DNA of 64,000 nucleotides from Octopus sinensis (GCF_006345805.1 NC_042997.1:206026001-206090000); one strand, 5' to 3'. Numbered from the stretch's first letter, positions 27,160 to 40,503 are shown. Translations and numbers: made by a program. The notes: generated by a model from the sequence alone, not told the origin.

Positions 27160-27408
27160 GTGGGTCGGAAATTCAAGCTGAATCCAATGATATTATGGAA
27201 CAAAGAAAGAATGAACTGGAACCTGGAGAAGTAGTGTCAACTAAAGCTGGTAAACTCAAATGCAAGACTATCATTCATGCTGTTGGACCTGTTTCGAATT
27301 ATGGAGGGACTTGGGAAATGTTTTACCTTGGAATTGCTGTTGAAAATTGTTTGGTATTTCTTGATTTAAATTCGTATATATCAATTGCAATTCCTGCTAT
27401 CAATACAG
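27160..27408 (+). CDS. PARP14: PARP14-like exon: middle of macrodomain 1
   Basis: TTTGCAG acceptor, G|GTAAGA donor, 249 bp, phase 1-1. Encodes GGSEIQAESNDIMEQRKNELEPGEVVSTKAGKLKCKTIIHAVGP...SIAIPAINTG, with the macrodomain HAVGP and SIAxPAxxTG motifs. In phase with the previous exon. Confidence 0.93.
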
Positions 27409-27484
27409 GTAAGAATTTACCATTTTTATCCTTCTCAAATTATTTTGTGTATTAATGTTAATTACAATATTACAATATTCCAAG

Positions 27485-27594
27485 TATGTATGCATGCATG
27501 CATGCATGCATACATACATACACACATACATACATACATACATACACACACACACATACACACATACATACATACACACACACACATACATACA

Positions 27595-27625
<31 letters not shown>
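27485..27625. repeat. (TACA)n/(CA)n compound microsatellite
   Basis: Read directly from the sequence. Confidence 0.95.
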
Positions 27626-30068
27626 GAAGTATTGTCGACACATAGAACTGACACGACACTTAGACAGATCACTTACATAGCAGTAGAGAGACCAAGCCTC
27701 AATAGAAACACATTAATGGAAGAGTAATACCCATCACCACACTACATGACTAAAGACAGACGGAATGAGAAGTGTAAGGAGAAAAAGTCGTAAATAATAC
27801 ACAGAAACATACAGGGTAATACTCATACAATAGACATATGCACCTACCTGTGATACTTATGAGAAATAGAGATAGATTTAAAAAATACTAATAGATAAAT
27901 AGATAAATATATTTGTGACATACCTGTGATAAATATAAAATATAGAGATAGATAAAATAAATAAAAATAAATCTATATCAAGGGTATGGGTACAACATAC
28001 GAAGTGAACCCATACACACTCAAAACAAATTTCATAGATGGCCACAACTATGTCAGCAACACTATCAATGACAGCAGCAGCAGCAGCAGTGACAACGATG
28101 GCTATAACAACAACAACCACACGCAGAGGAATACAGGAACTGTATCATACTTTCAGGTCTTAGGATAGCGGCAGCACAATGGGGTAAGAGGATGGGGCCA
28201 AGGGGAAAGCCACACTACTGCTAAAATCTATGAGACACACGCACACACACATGTGCACATACACACATGCACGCGCGCACACACACACACACAAACACAT
28301 GTGCACATAAAGATACACATCTTAGAAGAACAGAATAGAGTGAGTGGAGCAAGAACACACAGGAAAACAAAAAGTGTTGCTAAAGAGGTCACAGATGTGC
28401 GTCGAAAGATTTCCAGACGATGGACATATGTTAAAATAATAAAATAAGAACAGTAATAAATGAGTGAAGAAAAATATATATAGTGCATGTGTTTATTTGG
28501 AAAGCAAAAAATACATAAATAAAATGACCATCCCAATACAACAGTATATATATATATATATATATTCCTTTTACTCCATCTAAAATGATTAGGATTACAA
28601 CACACAAGAAAACATTTAAATGTCTCACCTGTCCAAAAGAAACGCTAAATATATCACAACAAAAACAAATATATAACAAACAAATATACACCTTCAAAGA
28701 GCTTGACTTAATATTTTTGAGAAAGCATCATTCAGTTTCGTTCTTTGTGATTGCTTTATTAAGCATTTATTTTTTCTGCATATTTTCTAAAATCCAGTTT
28801 TGCTTTTTGGTTTTGTTTCCAGGTCCATAAAACAACTGTTTTCTTGTATCTTCTTCCATCAATATGATGTTATTTCAATAAGGTGGGAACCAATAATCTC
28901 ACTTGTTTGTTATTTATGCTCTCCACTCACATGTACTGGAAGATGAATTAATAACATTCAGAACTGGGTCTAAAATAACTGGTTCACTCTGCTCTACTCC
29001 ACTCCACCCCACCCTCATTTCTGTTGGAAATGTACTTGTCCAACTCCAATTAAAACTACAGCTACTTAACATGCAGTATTTTATTCCACATTTACAATGT
29101 ACTTCTTCAAACTTCTCCATTTCTCTACAAAACTACACAATTGACCAATTATCTTAGTATTTTTATTTTCATTCCCACTAATTTCACTTACCCACTGAAA
29201 TTAGTTTTGTTTTAATAAAACAGGAAAGATAATTTCCTTCAAACTAGAATTTATACAACAGCAACAAAAGTGAGAAACTAGATCCATCAGTTTTCATTGA
29301 AAATGAGCTTAGCGTATCATTTCTTAGTATTCCCATGCACAAAATGTTGTTATACCTTGTTTAGAAATTCTTATGAAGACAAGCCTGGTAAAAGATTTCA
29401 TTATCATGTAAATGGACATGCAACGTTAAATAAATTTAATTCATTTATAAAGGAAATTGAAATCAATTTGAAGTATTCAAATTAACAGTAGGGAAATAAT
29501 CATGATAAAAAGAAAACTTTTTGTCTAGATCAACAGCACAATACCAATATGTTACATATTAAACTGTAAACTATTCCACCAGCCATTAAATAATTCTATA
29601 AAGCTAAGAGTAAAGATGATGGAATTATACTCAAAATAAATACAATCCAAATTTATGTTTGAGAGGAAAAGTGAGTTTCTTAACACTCTTTCCAAAGAGA
29701 ACTGTATATATCTATATATATACCTATATAAAAGAGGCAAAAAACTCGACACTTTGGCTTTGGTAAGGATTCAATGGCACTAGACGTGCTAGGATCGAGA
29801 TGAAAATTGGCAGGGGTACTAAATGCGTGGTGAGGATGCGACCTGCGATGGTTAAAATTCGTGATAAGTAGTTGTTGTGAAGATATTAAGGGTTTGCAGG
29901 GTATAAATACCCCAAACGGTGCATAATAGGAAAAGTTTCCGAAATTAACTTGATCCTGCAAGGGAAGTAACTCTTACCTTTCGACTATACAGTGACTGGA
30001 CAACGAAAAATGAGAGAATTATTTTGCAGACTGAATCGCCCCAAAAATCGAACGGGAAGTGCTCTTAA

Positions 30069-30440
30069 TCTAGATATATAAAGCTGAAGTTGTCTGTGTG
30101 TGGCAGGTTTGGTAGCCTTCAACTAACATTATCTCCTCCGAGACCCTGAAGCGCAAGTTGACCAAAATTGAGAGTATGATAGAAGAAGGCCTGCTCTTCA
30201 TTCATTCCGTAGAAGAAAAAATTCAAATTGGACCATGCTAACACCAAAAATTATTTACATCAAAAGGTGCTTTTTTTCTATGAAAATCCATATTTTTTAC
30301 GATTTTTTCAGTGTATTTCAACAAGAAAAATGTTCACTTAAAGAGTATAACAAGCTACATAATGCAAAATTTTTACTTTTCAAAAATTCCAATTCTAAAG
30401 GGTCGAAACAAACCCAAGCAACGCTGGGCAATACTGCTAG
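30069..30440 (+). mobile_element. Non-autonomous Helitron (possibly starting at 29711)
   Basis: A|TCTAGATATATAAAG 5' end; 3' hairpin CCCAAGCAACGCTGGG (30413-30428), then CTAG|T at 30437-30441. A second A|TCTATATATA-type 5' end lies at 29711. Confidence 0.75.
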
Positions 30441-30659
30441 TATATATATAAAATATAATTGTTATTGTTAAAAAGTTACAATATTCTAACAATGCTCTCA
30501 CAGAGTTTTTTAAAAATTTTTTTGTAGTATTTTCCATCATCTGGAAACACACACACAAAAAATAGTGAAAAGACAAAATCACTTATCTATGATTTAATTG
30601 AATACAAACATTTTTCCTTTAATTGGAATTAAAAAAGCCTTAGTCAATAACTGGGGAAA

Positions 30660-30820
30660 CTATGACACAAGCCTGTTTCAACTGGTGCCCGCAGAAGAGG
30701 GAGACCCAGAAAGACATGGTACAAAGTGGTAAGGACTGATCTCAGGATGTTGGGCCTCATAGAAGACCTGCCCATGTCAGCAAAACTGAGTTCTAGAAGT
30801 GCTGTGTATCCCACCCACAC
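30660..30820 (+). mobile_element. RTE LINE C-terminal fragment
   Basis: Translates to RGRPRKTWYKVVRTDLRMLGLIED, matching the C-terminus of the other RTE copies in the window. Confidence 0.6.
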
Positions 30821-31559
30821 TTAACAAGAAAACTTCTCACACACCCTACCACAACAAACCAAACTAAAACTCTATATCTCTATTCCTTACATTTCCACTT
30901 CATGCACCATATTTACCTCCCACTCCCCAATCCTGTTCTCTTGGCCATGTCTCACTGTATCATTGCTATCCACTAACCCCCCAACCTGTGTGTTCTACCC
31001 ACAGTAACAAGAAAACTTTTCACACACTCTACCCCAACAAACCAAACTACATCTCTTCTATTCCTCACATTTGCTCCTTCATACACTATGCTTAGCTCTC
31101 ACTCCCCAACCCTGTCCTCATGGCCCTGTTCTTCTGTGTCGTTGCTGTCTGATAGCCGCCCCTCACTCTGTATATCCAAGTTTTCACCACTCACTCCCCC
31201 CGACCCAACTCTTTAATCACACTCCCTTTGCAATATCCTATCACTTATGTTATGGCTTTTCAAACCACAAGGTTATGCCCTGGTACTTGCCACTATCTAT
31301 ATCTCTCACTTTACTCTACCATCTCATTTATATTCTGATCCACCTCTCTCTCTTCCTGCACTTACTTCAGTTTGGGTAACCAAGTATCTCTTTTGCAGCA
31401 GCACACCTGTTTCTGTCCTCATTCATAATCTCTCTCTCTCTCTCTCTCTCTCTGTTTCTATCTCTCTATCTCACTATAACCTTTCATTATCCGACACAAG
31501 TTTCACCTCCTCCAATGCCCCTTTGCCCCTTCCCCTCTTGAAAGTGTTTTTATTTTGTC

Positions 31560-32115
31560 TTGTAAGTTGCTTGGTGACCCTGTGGATCCAGGTGCCACTT
31601 AAAAGCATCCAGTCCACACTGTTAAGTGGTTGGTATTTGGAAGGGCATCCAGCTGCAAAAACCTTGCAAAAACTGCCTTCACCTGTGCTTGTGCCATGTA
31701 AAAAGTACTCAGTCCACTCTACTGAGTGATTGGTGTTAGGAAGGGCACCCAGCTGTAAAATTCCTGCCAAAACAGTCGCAGAAGTTTGCCTGGCTGTCTC
31801 CTGTCAAACTGTCCCACTCATGCTAACATGGTGGGCAGACGTTAAATGATGATGATGATGAGGATGATGATGATATATCACCATCATCATCGTTTAATGT
31901 CTGTTTTCCATGCTGGCATGGGATGGACGGTTTGACTAAGGACTGGCAAGCCAGGAGGCTGCACCAAGCTCCAATATGATCTGGCAGTGCTTCTACAGCT
32001 GGAAGCCCTTCCTAACACCAGCCACTCCGAGAGTGTAGTAGGTGCATTTACATGCCACCAGCACAGGAGCCAATCAGGAGGCACTGGCATTGACCACATT
32101 CAAATGGTGCCTTTT
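31560..32115. mobile_element. Two RTE-type 3' tails in tail-to-tail orientation around a (GAT)n/(ATC)n tract
   Basis: + copy ends CATGGTGGGCAGACGTTAAAT(GAT)n at ~31875; - copy begins (ATC)nGTTTAATGTCTGTTTTCCATGC at ~31880. Confidence 0.8.
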
Positions 32116-32199
32116 ATATACATATATATATATTAGTATTTTGTAAGCTTAAATCTTATAAGCTATCACTGTGCAATGACTAAAGAAATTAGTCTAAAT

Positions 32200-32495
32200 A
32201 GTGTTTGTGTAAAGTCAACTCCAGCATCAGTACCAACTTTATGCAAGAATGAAGGCATACCGGCAAAAATGGTACTCCTCTAAATGGAAACCTGACCTGT
32301 CATTGTAGTTTTGTGGTACGAAGCAAAGCAGGCCTTGCTTTCCACTCAAAGAAACTCAAGCATTCAAGCAAACTGAATCCTTAACCTGTTCCATTTGCCA
32401 AAAGGTTTGCAAGGCACCAGCAACCCTCAAGAGACTCGTTCGTGTCCATAGAACATGATCAATGCTTGTCATTCATGACAAGAGAATCCATTGTA
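32200..32495 (+). mobile_element. Probable RTE-type LINE 3' end with C2H2-like zinc-finger remnants
   Basis: LTCHCSFVVRSKAGLAFH and LTCSICQKVCKAPATLKRLVRVH can be read in broken frames. Confidence 0.5.
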
Positions 32496-32667
32496 CACAC
32501 ACATACACACATATATATATAAAACAGTTATTTTATTTCACATGGATTGAAATATAGAAAAAAAAGTTGAAAATGCATTGGGATTAGGTTTAGATTTTCT
32601 ATTTTTTAATTTTTACAAACCTAAAGGATCAAGAATGCTCTCCATGGATTAAATCTTTTTAAAAAGA

Positions 32668-33025
32668 AGATGTGGCTGTGTGGTAAGAGATTTGCTTCTC
32701 AACCATATAGTTCTGGGTTCAGTCCTATTGAATGATACCCTGGGCAAGTGTCTTCAACTGTAGCATTGGCCCAACCAAAGCCTTGTGAATGGATTTGGTT
32801 GATGGAAACTGTAAAACACTTCTTGTATACATATCTACATGTATGTGTGTTTGTGCCTGTGTTTGACCCACTACCACCACCACCTGACAATCGGTGTTGG
32901 TGTGGTTCAGCATGAAAGATAGATAGAATAAGTACCTAGTTTTATAGAAAATACTGGGGTTCATTCATTCGGCTAAAAATTCATCAAAGCTGTGCCTTAG
33001 CATGGCTGTAGTCTAATGAGTGAAA
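32668..33025 (+). mobile_element. tRNA-derived SINE
   Basis: GTGGCTGTGTGGTAAG...GGGTTCAGTCC...TGGGCAAGTGTCTTC head; 3' body GAATAAGTACC...CTGGGGTTCATTCATTCGGCTAA...CATGGC. Confidence 0.85.
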
Positions 33026-33239
33026 AAGTTGATGATAAAAAATTAAATATATACTCTTCACTACCAAATAATCAATTATTAGAAATCAGCAATAAAACAA
33101 ACTTGCAAACTGAGTAAAAATTTCTTGTCTAAATCTGTCTGATCATGAGAACAGCTTTATAATTTCTAAATAGATATTCCTTTGATCTCTTCCACACAGA
33201 GCTGTAAAAACATCAGTTCTTCAGGAGAAAATATGTTGA

Positions 33240-33960
33240 CAGCATATCTCCCGCTAAGAAAACAAGCAGTAAGAAAGTCAGTTTTACTTTGGCCTTCTCT
33301 CTCTTTACCTCTCTAGTTGTTTGTTTCATATTCCATGAGAGAGTGAGGGAAAATATTGCACAGAACAAGGTTGGCACGACAACCGTTTCTGCTCAGTGGG
33401 TGCTACATCTTCTGACACTTGGTCAAAAGTGTACCAGGATGATCACTTCATTGTTTGAGGATGATATAGCTGGTTTCCTTGGATGCTTATTAAGTCAGGA
33501 AGAGTACTAGGTTGATGACTTTAAGCCAGAGACGAAGACAATCCACTCAATGGGAATACCCATCTATACCCATTCCAATGAAAGCCAGAGTAGTTTCACT
33601 TGCAAAGTAGGTAATAGCCAGATTTTTGGGGGATGCAGAAGGCATTGTGTTTGTTGACAATCTTCAAAAGAGCCATACTATCAATGGAGTGTACTATGCC
33701 AAGTTGCTGAGAGAGTTACGAATGTCTATCAAGAACAAACACCCAGTGAAACTAACCAAAGGCTCCAGCATACAAAGCCTTGCTTTCAATGGGTGCTGTG
33801 CACGATTGTGGCCTTGAACTGGTTGATCACCCTCTCTATCCACCTGCATTGGCACCGTCTGACTATCATCTGTTTGCTAACATGAGAAAACACTTGGCTG
33901 AGAACCAGTATTGCAGTGATGATGATGTCATATGTGCTGTTGATGTCTTCTTGGGAGAAT
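33240..33960 (+). mobile_element. mariner transposase fragment
   Basis: GDAEGIVFVDNLQKSHTINGVYYAKLL and HPLYPPALAPSDYHLF (the mariner YSPDLAPSDYHLF motif), frameshifted. Confidence 0.85.
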
Positions 33961-34029
33961 CAGATATCAGTTTATCTGGAAAGAAACAATGCAGTTATTC
34001 ATAAGATTAGGGAATGTATGATTAATGAA

Positions 34030-34715
34030 TGCAAGATTTCACAGCTCTAGCATCACTCCTGAAGTTCAGTGATGCAAATGACCTAATGATCTGCAACACC
34101 AATTTCAGTAAGCTAGCCAGTCACCTGATAACATATAAATCTGTTGACCATTCTAGCCAGATTGATTACATTCACACTGGAAAGAGAGATTCACAGATGC
34201 TTTTCAATGCAAAAATCTTCCCTGGAGAAAAATGTACCACCCTGCATAAATTACTTATTAGTGACTTCAAGCTACAGGCATGAAGGAACCCAAGAAGCAA
34301 ACCAGTTTAGAAAAGATCTGGCTGCTTAAAGATCCTTCAATTAGTTAGAGATGTAAAGACATCTTAACTGAAGTATTTGATGAGGATGATGACAATGATG
34401 ATGAAGAGCTACAGACATGGAATTGAGAGGGTGCTGTTGGCTTTGTTCTTATAGCTGAATCACTATCAGAACTAGAGAAGAAATCTCAGATATGGAAGCA
34501 AGGTCTTGAATTGCTGGGCCTTGTAGTTAATCTAGCAAAAACCAAAGTCTTTATAAGTAAGAAAGCAAATAAATCGCAAATCCCTTTGGGTAGATGACCC
34601 TCCTTGATCTATAGAAAAGTAGAAATTCCATAAGATGTACTCAGTGCAAGCTTTGGACATGTAAAAAGAGCAAAGGAAGGTTAACTGAGAAAAAAGATTT
34701 TAAGTATGGAAGATA
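34030..34715 (+). mobile_element. Internally deleted RTE LINE fragment
   Basis: LMICNTNF...SHLITY...SQIDYI (endonuclease end) joined to IAESLSELEKK...LVVNLAKTKVL (RT end). Confidence 0.75.
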
Positions 34716-34718
34716 CAA

Positions 34719-35050
34719 TCTATATATATAAAACTGAGAATATGTGTCTGTCTTTTTGTTTGTCTGTGTGTCTGTATGTGTGCGAGAACTTTCCAACCGA
34801 TTTCATTCAAATTTTACATATGTCTTACTTAGGATCCATGCAGTGTCATCGGCCAAAACAATTTCCAACTTCTTGCCTAATGCAAACCCAGAGCAATCTT
34901 ATCTCCTACACGATTTCAGTATTACATGTCAAAAGTGAAACAATAACATCTCTATTGTAATGTGAGATTAATAGTTTAATAGTTTCACTATTGATACTTT
35001 TACACATAAATGAGGAAAGTGACACTTCACGGCATTCAAACAATCCCTAG
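34719..35050 (+). mobile_element. Helitron-like element
   Basis: A|TCTATATATATAAAACTGAG 5' end followed by TGTC/TGTG repeats. A CTAG at 35047-35050 is followed by A rather than T, and no clear hairpin is present. Confidence 0.4.
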
Positions 35051-35499
35051 ATGATTACCCCCAACAAATACCAGATAAACCACCCTCACCCAGATATGTC
35101 TCTGAAAACAATAACCCTCTGCTTTAATGGGCTGTAGTTCCCCAGACCTGACTGTGTATCTCTTCCAGGTGGTGCTTTTAAATTAGACATGGCCTGGGTC
35201 AACTTTGGCTGAAACTTATCGAAGTAATCTAATCTATGCTGTAACCTTTTAATCAAAGCATGACAACATGGGTAGATGGTCTTAAGTATTAAAAAAATTA
35301 TTAAAGATTTATATAGAACTACATTCAGAGTATGTCTATAAGCTATTGTGTTTAGACCTGGTTTCTATCCTCAAACTGTTCCGTTTTGTAGATGCAATAT
35401 TTTTTTTTTACTAAAGCACTCTGAAATTAGAAAAATCTAAAATCTGCAACAATCTCGGTCCCATGAGTATCGGATAATGGATTTTCAGCTGTGTAAAGA

Positions 35500-36050
35500 A
35501 ACTGAGTAGTTTTGATGGTGATTGTGGTGAAAGCAGAGACAGTGTTGATGATGATGATGGTTGAGGTAAGTATGGGAGGAGGATAAAATAGTACAGGTGG
35601 TTACAATGGCAACACAAGCGGTGTGATGCTGAGTTGGTGGTGGTAATAGTGGTGTTGATGATGGTGTTAGTTGTGTGGTGATGGTATTGCAGTGGTTATA
35701 CTGGTTGTGGTGGTGAAAGGGACTGTCAAGGTAACCATCAGGATAACGTTGATGGCAGTGTATGTGGTTGAAGTGAAAGCAATGACAATGCTGCTGATGA
35801 TGGTGGTGGCTGTGGTGGTGGTGATAGTTGTGGTGGTGATTGTGATATGGTGGTAGTGGTGGTAGTGGTTGTCGCCATCGTAGTGCTGCTCTTCCTGGGC
35901 GTTTGTAGTGATGGCGGTAGTACTGGTGGTGTGGTGACATGCTACTGGTTGTTGAGGGTGGGTAATGGTGCTGGTGCTAGTAGGTGGTAGTGGCAACAGC
36001 AGTTGTGGTGCAGATGCTATTGCTCTAGTGATGGTGCTGTTCACTTGTAT
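35500..36050. repeat. Degenerate (GGT/GAT/GTA)n low-complexity tract
   Basis: GTG/GAT-rich triplet runs that produce the poly-T/H/V pseudo-ORFs. Confidence 0.8.
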
Positions 36051-36454
36051 CACAAAAACAGGTTACATTGCTGCTAGATCATGTTTACGTGACCCAGGAT
36101 CAGCGTCCACATGTCACCGTAACCGACTCTTGGTGTTGTGTATGTATCACTCAAGTTGTAGGTACTTGTTGTTTCTTTTTAGTTGTATGGTGAAACTAGC
36201 TTGCTGTTGTCATTGATGTATTATAACTGCTTCAGATGATTCCTGTTTTTAAAGGGTTTTTTCTTTAAATCATATGGCTGTGTTTTTTTTTTACCCTTGC
36301 CAAGGAGGTTATGTTTTTCCTGGTGTTGGTTTGGGAAATTGGGCAATTTTCAGCATGCTTGTATATGGGTGGAAATGAGCTGCTTGGTGGAGGTTTGCAC
36401 TCTCCGCGTGCTTTTCTAGCTATATGATCGAATGCAACACATCCATTTCCAAGT

Positions 36455-37862
36455 ATATCATCATCATCATCATCATCATTGTTTAACGTCTGCTTTCCAT
36501 GCTGGCATGGGTTGGATGGTTTGACTGAGGACTGGCGATCCAGAAGGCTGCACCAGGCTTAATCTGATCTGGCAAAGTTTCTACAGCTGGATGCCCTTCC
36601 TAACGCCAACCACTCCAAATGTAGTGGGTGCTTTTACGTGCCACTGGCACGAGGGCCAGTCAAGCGGTTCTGGCAACGACGGCACTCAAAAGGTGCTTTT
36701 TACGTGCTAGCTGCATTGAAGCCAGTCTGGTGGCACTGGCAATGGCCATGCTCAAATGTTGTTTTCACGTGTCCCTGGCTTATGTGCCAGTAAGGTGATG
36801 CTGGCAACCATCATTTTTTTAATGGAGCTTTTAAAATGCTACCCACACAGGAGACAATCCGTGGCCCTGGCAACAATCCCACTCAGATGTGCTTCGAAAG
36901 TTCCACTGGCATGAGTGCCAATCAGGCAGTACTGTCATTGGCCATGTCAGTGATTTTGATTTGATTTCACTTGCCTCAACAGGACTTCACAAGCAAGGTT
37001 TATTGTTCAATGAATGAGGGTATTCATAAGTGGGCTGGTTATACCCACTGGCATAGGTTACGGACTATGGTCTCACATGGCTTGTCAGGTCTTCTCAAGC
37101 ACAGCATATCTCCAAAGGTCTCAGGTCACTTGTCATTGCCTTGGTAAGGCCCAATGTTCGAAGATCGTGCTTCACTACCTCATCCTAGGGTTTCCTGGGT
37201 CTACCTCTTCCACAGGTTCCCTCAACTGCTAGGGTGTGACACTTTTTCATACAGCTGTCCACATCTATTCTCGCCACATGACCATACCAGTGCAGTCATC
37301 TCTCTTGCACATCACAACTGATGCTTCTTATATCCAACTTATCTCTCAGGGCACTTACACTCTGTCGTACATGCATTCTGACATTACACATCCATCATTG
37401 CATACTGGCTTCATTCCTTACAAGCCTACACATGTCCTCTGCAGTCACAGCCCATGTTTCACTGCCAAGTAGCATGGCTGTTCATACATGTGCGTCATAC
37501 AGTCTACCTTTTACTTTGAGTGAGAGACCCTTTGTCACCAGCAGAGGTAGGACCACTCTGAACTTTGCCCAGGCTGTTTGTATTCTAGCATCTACACTTT
37601 CAGAGCATCCACCCCTGCTACTGTCCAGGTCTCCTAGGTAATGGAAGTTTCAACTACATCTAGGTTTTCTCTCTGGAATGTGGCAGAAGTTCTTCTCTGC
37701 GCATTTTCAATGTTTATTGCTCCTGAGCATTTGTCACATACAAAACCTATCTTCCCAGTTAGCCTTCCTTTGATATTGCTGCACCTCTTATGTGTCCATA
37801 GCTTACACTGGGTACATCTTATAGAGTTTCTACCTACGCCTTTTCTACAGATCGAGCACTTT
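36455..37862 (-). mobile_element. RTE LINE 3' fragment with (GAT)n tail
   Basis: (ATC)n then GTTTAACGTCTGCTTTCCATGC tail; coding remnants homologous to 19570-20300. Confidence 0.85.
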
Positions 37863-39900
37863 GGATGGGCTGGGGCTTCTATGTCAAGCTGGTGCAGGAA
37901 ATAGCCATGAACTCACGTTATTTGTCAGGTCTTCGCAGTCACAGCATATCTCCAGAGGACTCGGTCTTTCGTCATTGCCTCTGTGAGACCCAACGTTCGA
38001 AGGTTATGCTTGACAACCTCATCCCATGTCTTCCTGGGTCTACCTCTACCCCAGATTCCTTCAACTGTTTGGGAGTGGCACTTCTTCACACATCTCTCCT
38101 CTTCCATCCGTAGTGCATGACCATACCAGTGCAGACGTCTCTCTTGCACGCCACATCTAATGCTTCTTATGTCCAACTTTTCTCTCAGAATGCTTACAAT
38201 CTGTCATACATGCATACTGATATTACACATCCAGCGGATCATGCTAGCTTCATTTCTTTCTGCAGTCACAGCCCATGTTTCACTACCGTGAAGAATGGCA
38301 GTTTACACACATGCATCGTACAATCTACCTTACATTCTGAGCGAGAGACCCTTTGTCGCCAGTAGGGGAAGAAGCTTTCTAAACTTTGCCCAGGCTATTC
38401 TTATTCTAGTGGTAACACTCTCTGAGCATCCACCCCCGCTACTAACTTGGTCACCTAGGTAGCGGAAACTATCAACTACTTCTAGTTTCTCCCCCACGAG
38501 TGTAATGGAATCTGTTTTCTGAGAATCAATGGTGTCTATTGCACCTGTGCATCTGCCGCACATGAAAGCTATCTTCTCAGTTAATTTTCCTTTGATGGTG
38601 CTGCACCTCTTATGTGCCCATAGCTTACACTGGGTACATCTTATGGAGTTTCTACCTACACATTTTCTACAGATCATTCAGTACTACCTACCCGAAGGAG
38701 TGTGTGATGTGTTCACCTTCCTACTTACTAGAACTTTGGTCTTTGCTACATTGACTCTAAGGCCTTTTGATTCTAAACCTAGCTTCCACACACGAAATTT
38801 CTTTTCTAGTTCTGGTAATGATTCTGCTATGAGGGCTAGGTCATCAGCATAGAGGAGCTCCCAGGGCAACCCCTCTTGAATTCCTCTGTTATTGTCTGGA
38901 GGACTATGATGAATAGAAGGGACTGAGGGCTGGGCCTTAGTGGACGCCAACTTCTACCGGGAACTCTTCACTGTACTCATTGCCAATCCTAACCTTACTA
39001 ATGGCCTCTATGTAAAGGGCCTGTACAGCCCTTATTAACCATTCGTCAATCTCCAGTTTCCGCATCGCCCACCAGGTAAGCGATCCATGGACCCTGTCAA
39101 AGGCTTTCTCCAATTCTACAAAAGCTATGTTGAGGGGTTTATCTTTGGCTAGTTATTTCTCCTGCAGTTGTTGAACCAGGAATATGGCATCAGTGGTGCT
39201 TCCACCCGGTACAAAACTGAGCTGCATCTCATCTAAGCTGACTTTCTCCCTGATGAGATGGACTATGACCCTCTCTGTGACCTTCATCACCTGATCCAAA
39301 AGTTTAATACCCCTGTAGTTATTTCTATCTAGAGCATCACCATTACTCTTGTAGCAGTTGACTATATGGTGCTGCTACGCCAGTCGTTGGGTATGACTCC
39401 ATCATGTACTACCTGGTTTACAATGTGGGTGACTAGGCCATAGCCCACACCACCAGATATTTTGAGCATCTCAGCAGTGATTCCTGATGGGCCGGGGGAT
39501 TTTCCTGGCTTCATACCCTTAATTGCTTTATCTACTAGGGAGTTGTCTATTGGGATAGCTGGTCGTTCTTATGGGTCAACATTTGGCAGGCTCTCCTCCT
39601 CCCATTCATTCTCAACATTCAGCAGTCTTTCATAATGGCTTCCCCAAGCCTCTTTCTTTTCACCAACATTAAAAGCAAGTGCCCCATCATCCATGTAGAC
39701 ACATTTCTCTCTGTGACATCACAATTTTCTCTCACACACTGTCTTGCAATCCGAAATAACTCAGTTCTTTTGTCCTCGTGTCTCTGAACATTGGCAAACT
39801 TCTTCTTTTCTGCTTCACTCTTGGCTATGTATACCTGCCGCCCAGCCTCCTTTCTGGCTACCTGGTTCAGTTCCGTGCTACCCCCATCTCTCCAGGCTTT

Positions 39901-39902
<2 letters not shown>
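37863..39902 (-). mobile_element. 5'-truncated RTE LINE, closely related to the copy at 19560-21550
   Basis: Colinear, high-similarity match including the RT motifs. Ends at the (TA)n run starting at 39903. Confidence 0.92.

Positions 39903-39976
<74 letters not shown>
39903..39976. repeat. (TA)n microsatellite; similar runs at ~24085-24170, 25879-25950 and 40350-40540
   Basis: Read directly from the sequence. Confidence 0.98.
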
Positions 39977-39978
<2 letters not shown>

Positions 39979-40347
39979 CAGTGATTGTTTCTTATCAGGA
40001 ACAAAATGTTTAATAGGACTGCTATAGAAGTGCTCAATTGAAAGAGACAAATATATCAAACTAAGGTTATAGAGCAAACAAATGCAAGTTCATCCACATA
40101 ACATTTCATAACTCAAACATTTAATCATAGAATATACATTTAAACATCACGGAAGATGGAACATAACTCATCTGCACAAGCATATAAAAAAGTGCGAGAA
40201 AAAATGTGTGAATACAGTTCATCACGGTTAAAAGATAATACTTCAGGGATCAAGAAAAATATATTTTTTAAAAAAACCAATACAACACCTAGAAAGTAAA
40301 TACGTGAAAATATAGTATAAAGTAATATATAAATATATAGGTATATA

Positions 40348-40393
<46 letters not shown>

Positions 40394-40411
40394 TATGCAT
40401 ATATATACAAT

Positions 40412-40470
<59 letters not shown>

Positions 40471-40503
40471 CATATATATATATATAGATATATATTCACA
40501 TAT

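Noticed and set aside
28914-29120. Cys-containing minus-strand ORF (HCKCGIKYCMLSSCSFNW) as a possible exon or RING/IBR-like fragment
   Set aside because: No complete recognisable motif and no convincing splice sites or partner exons. A translated database search would be needed to reopen it.
35485-36216. Mucin-like Thr-rich and His-rich ORFs
   Set aside because: Products of a degenerate GGT/GAT triplet tract.
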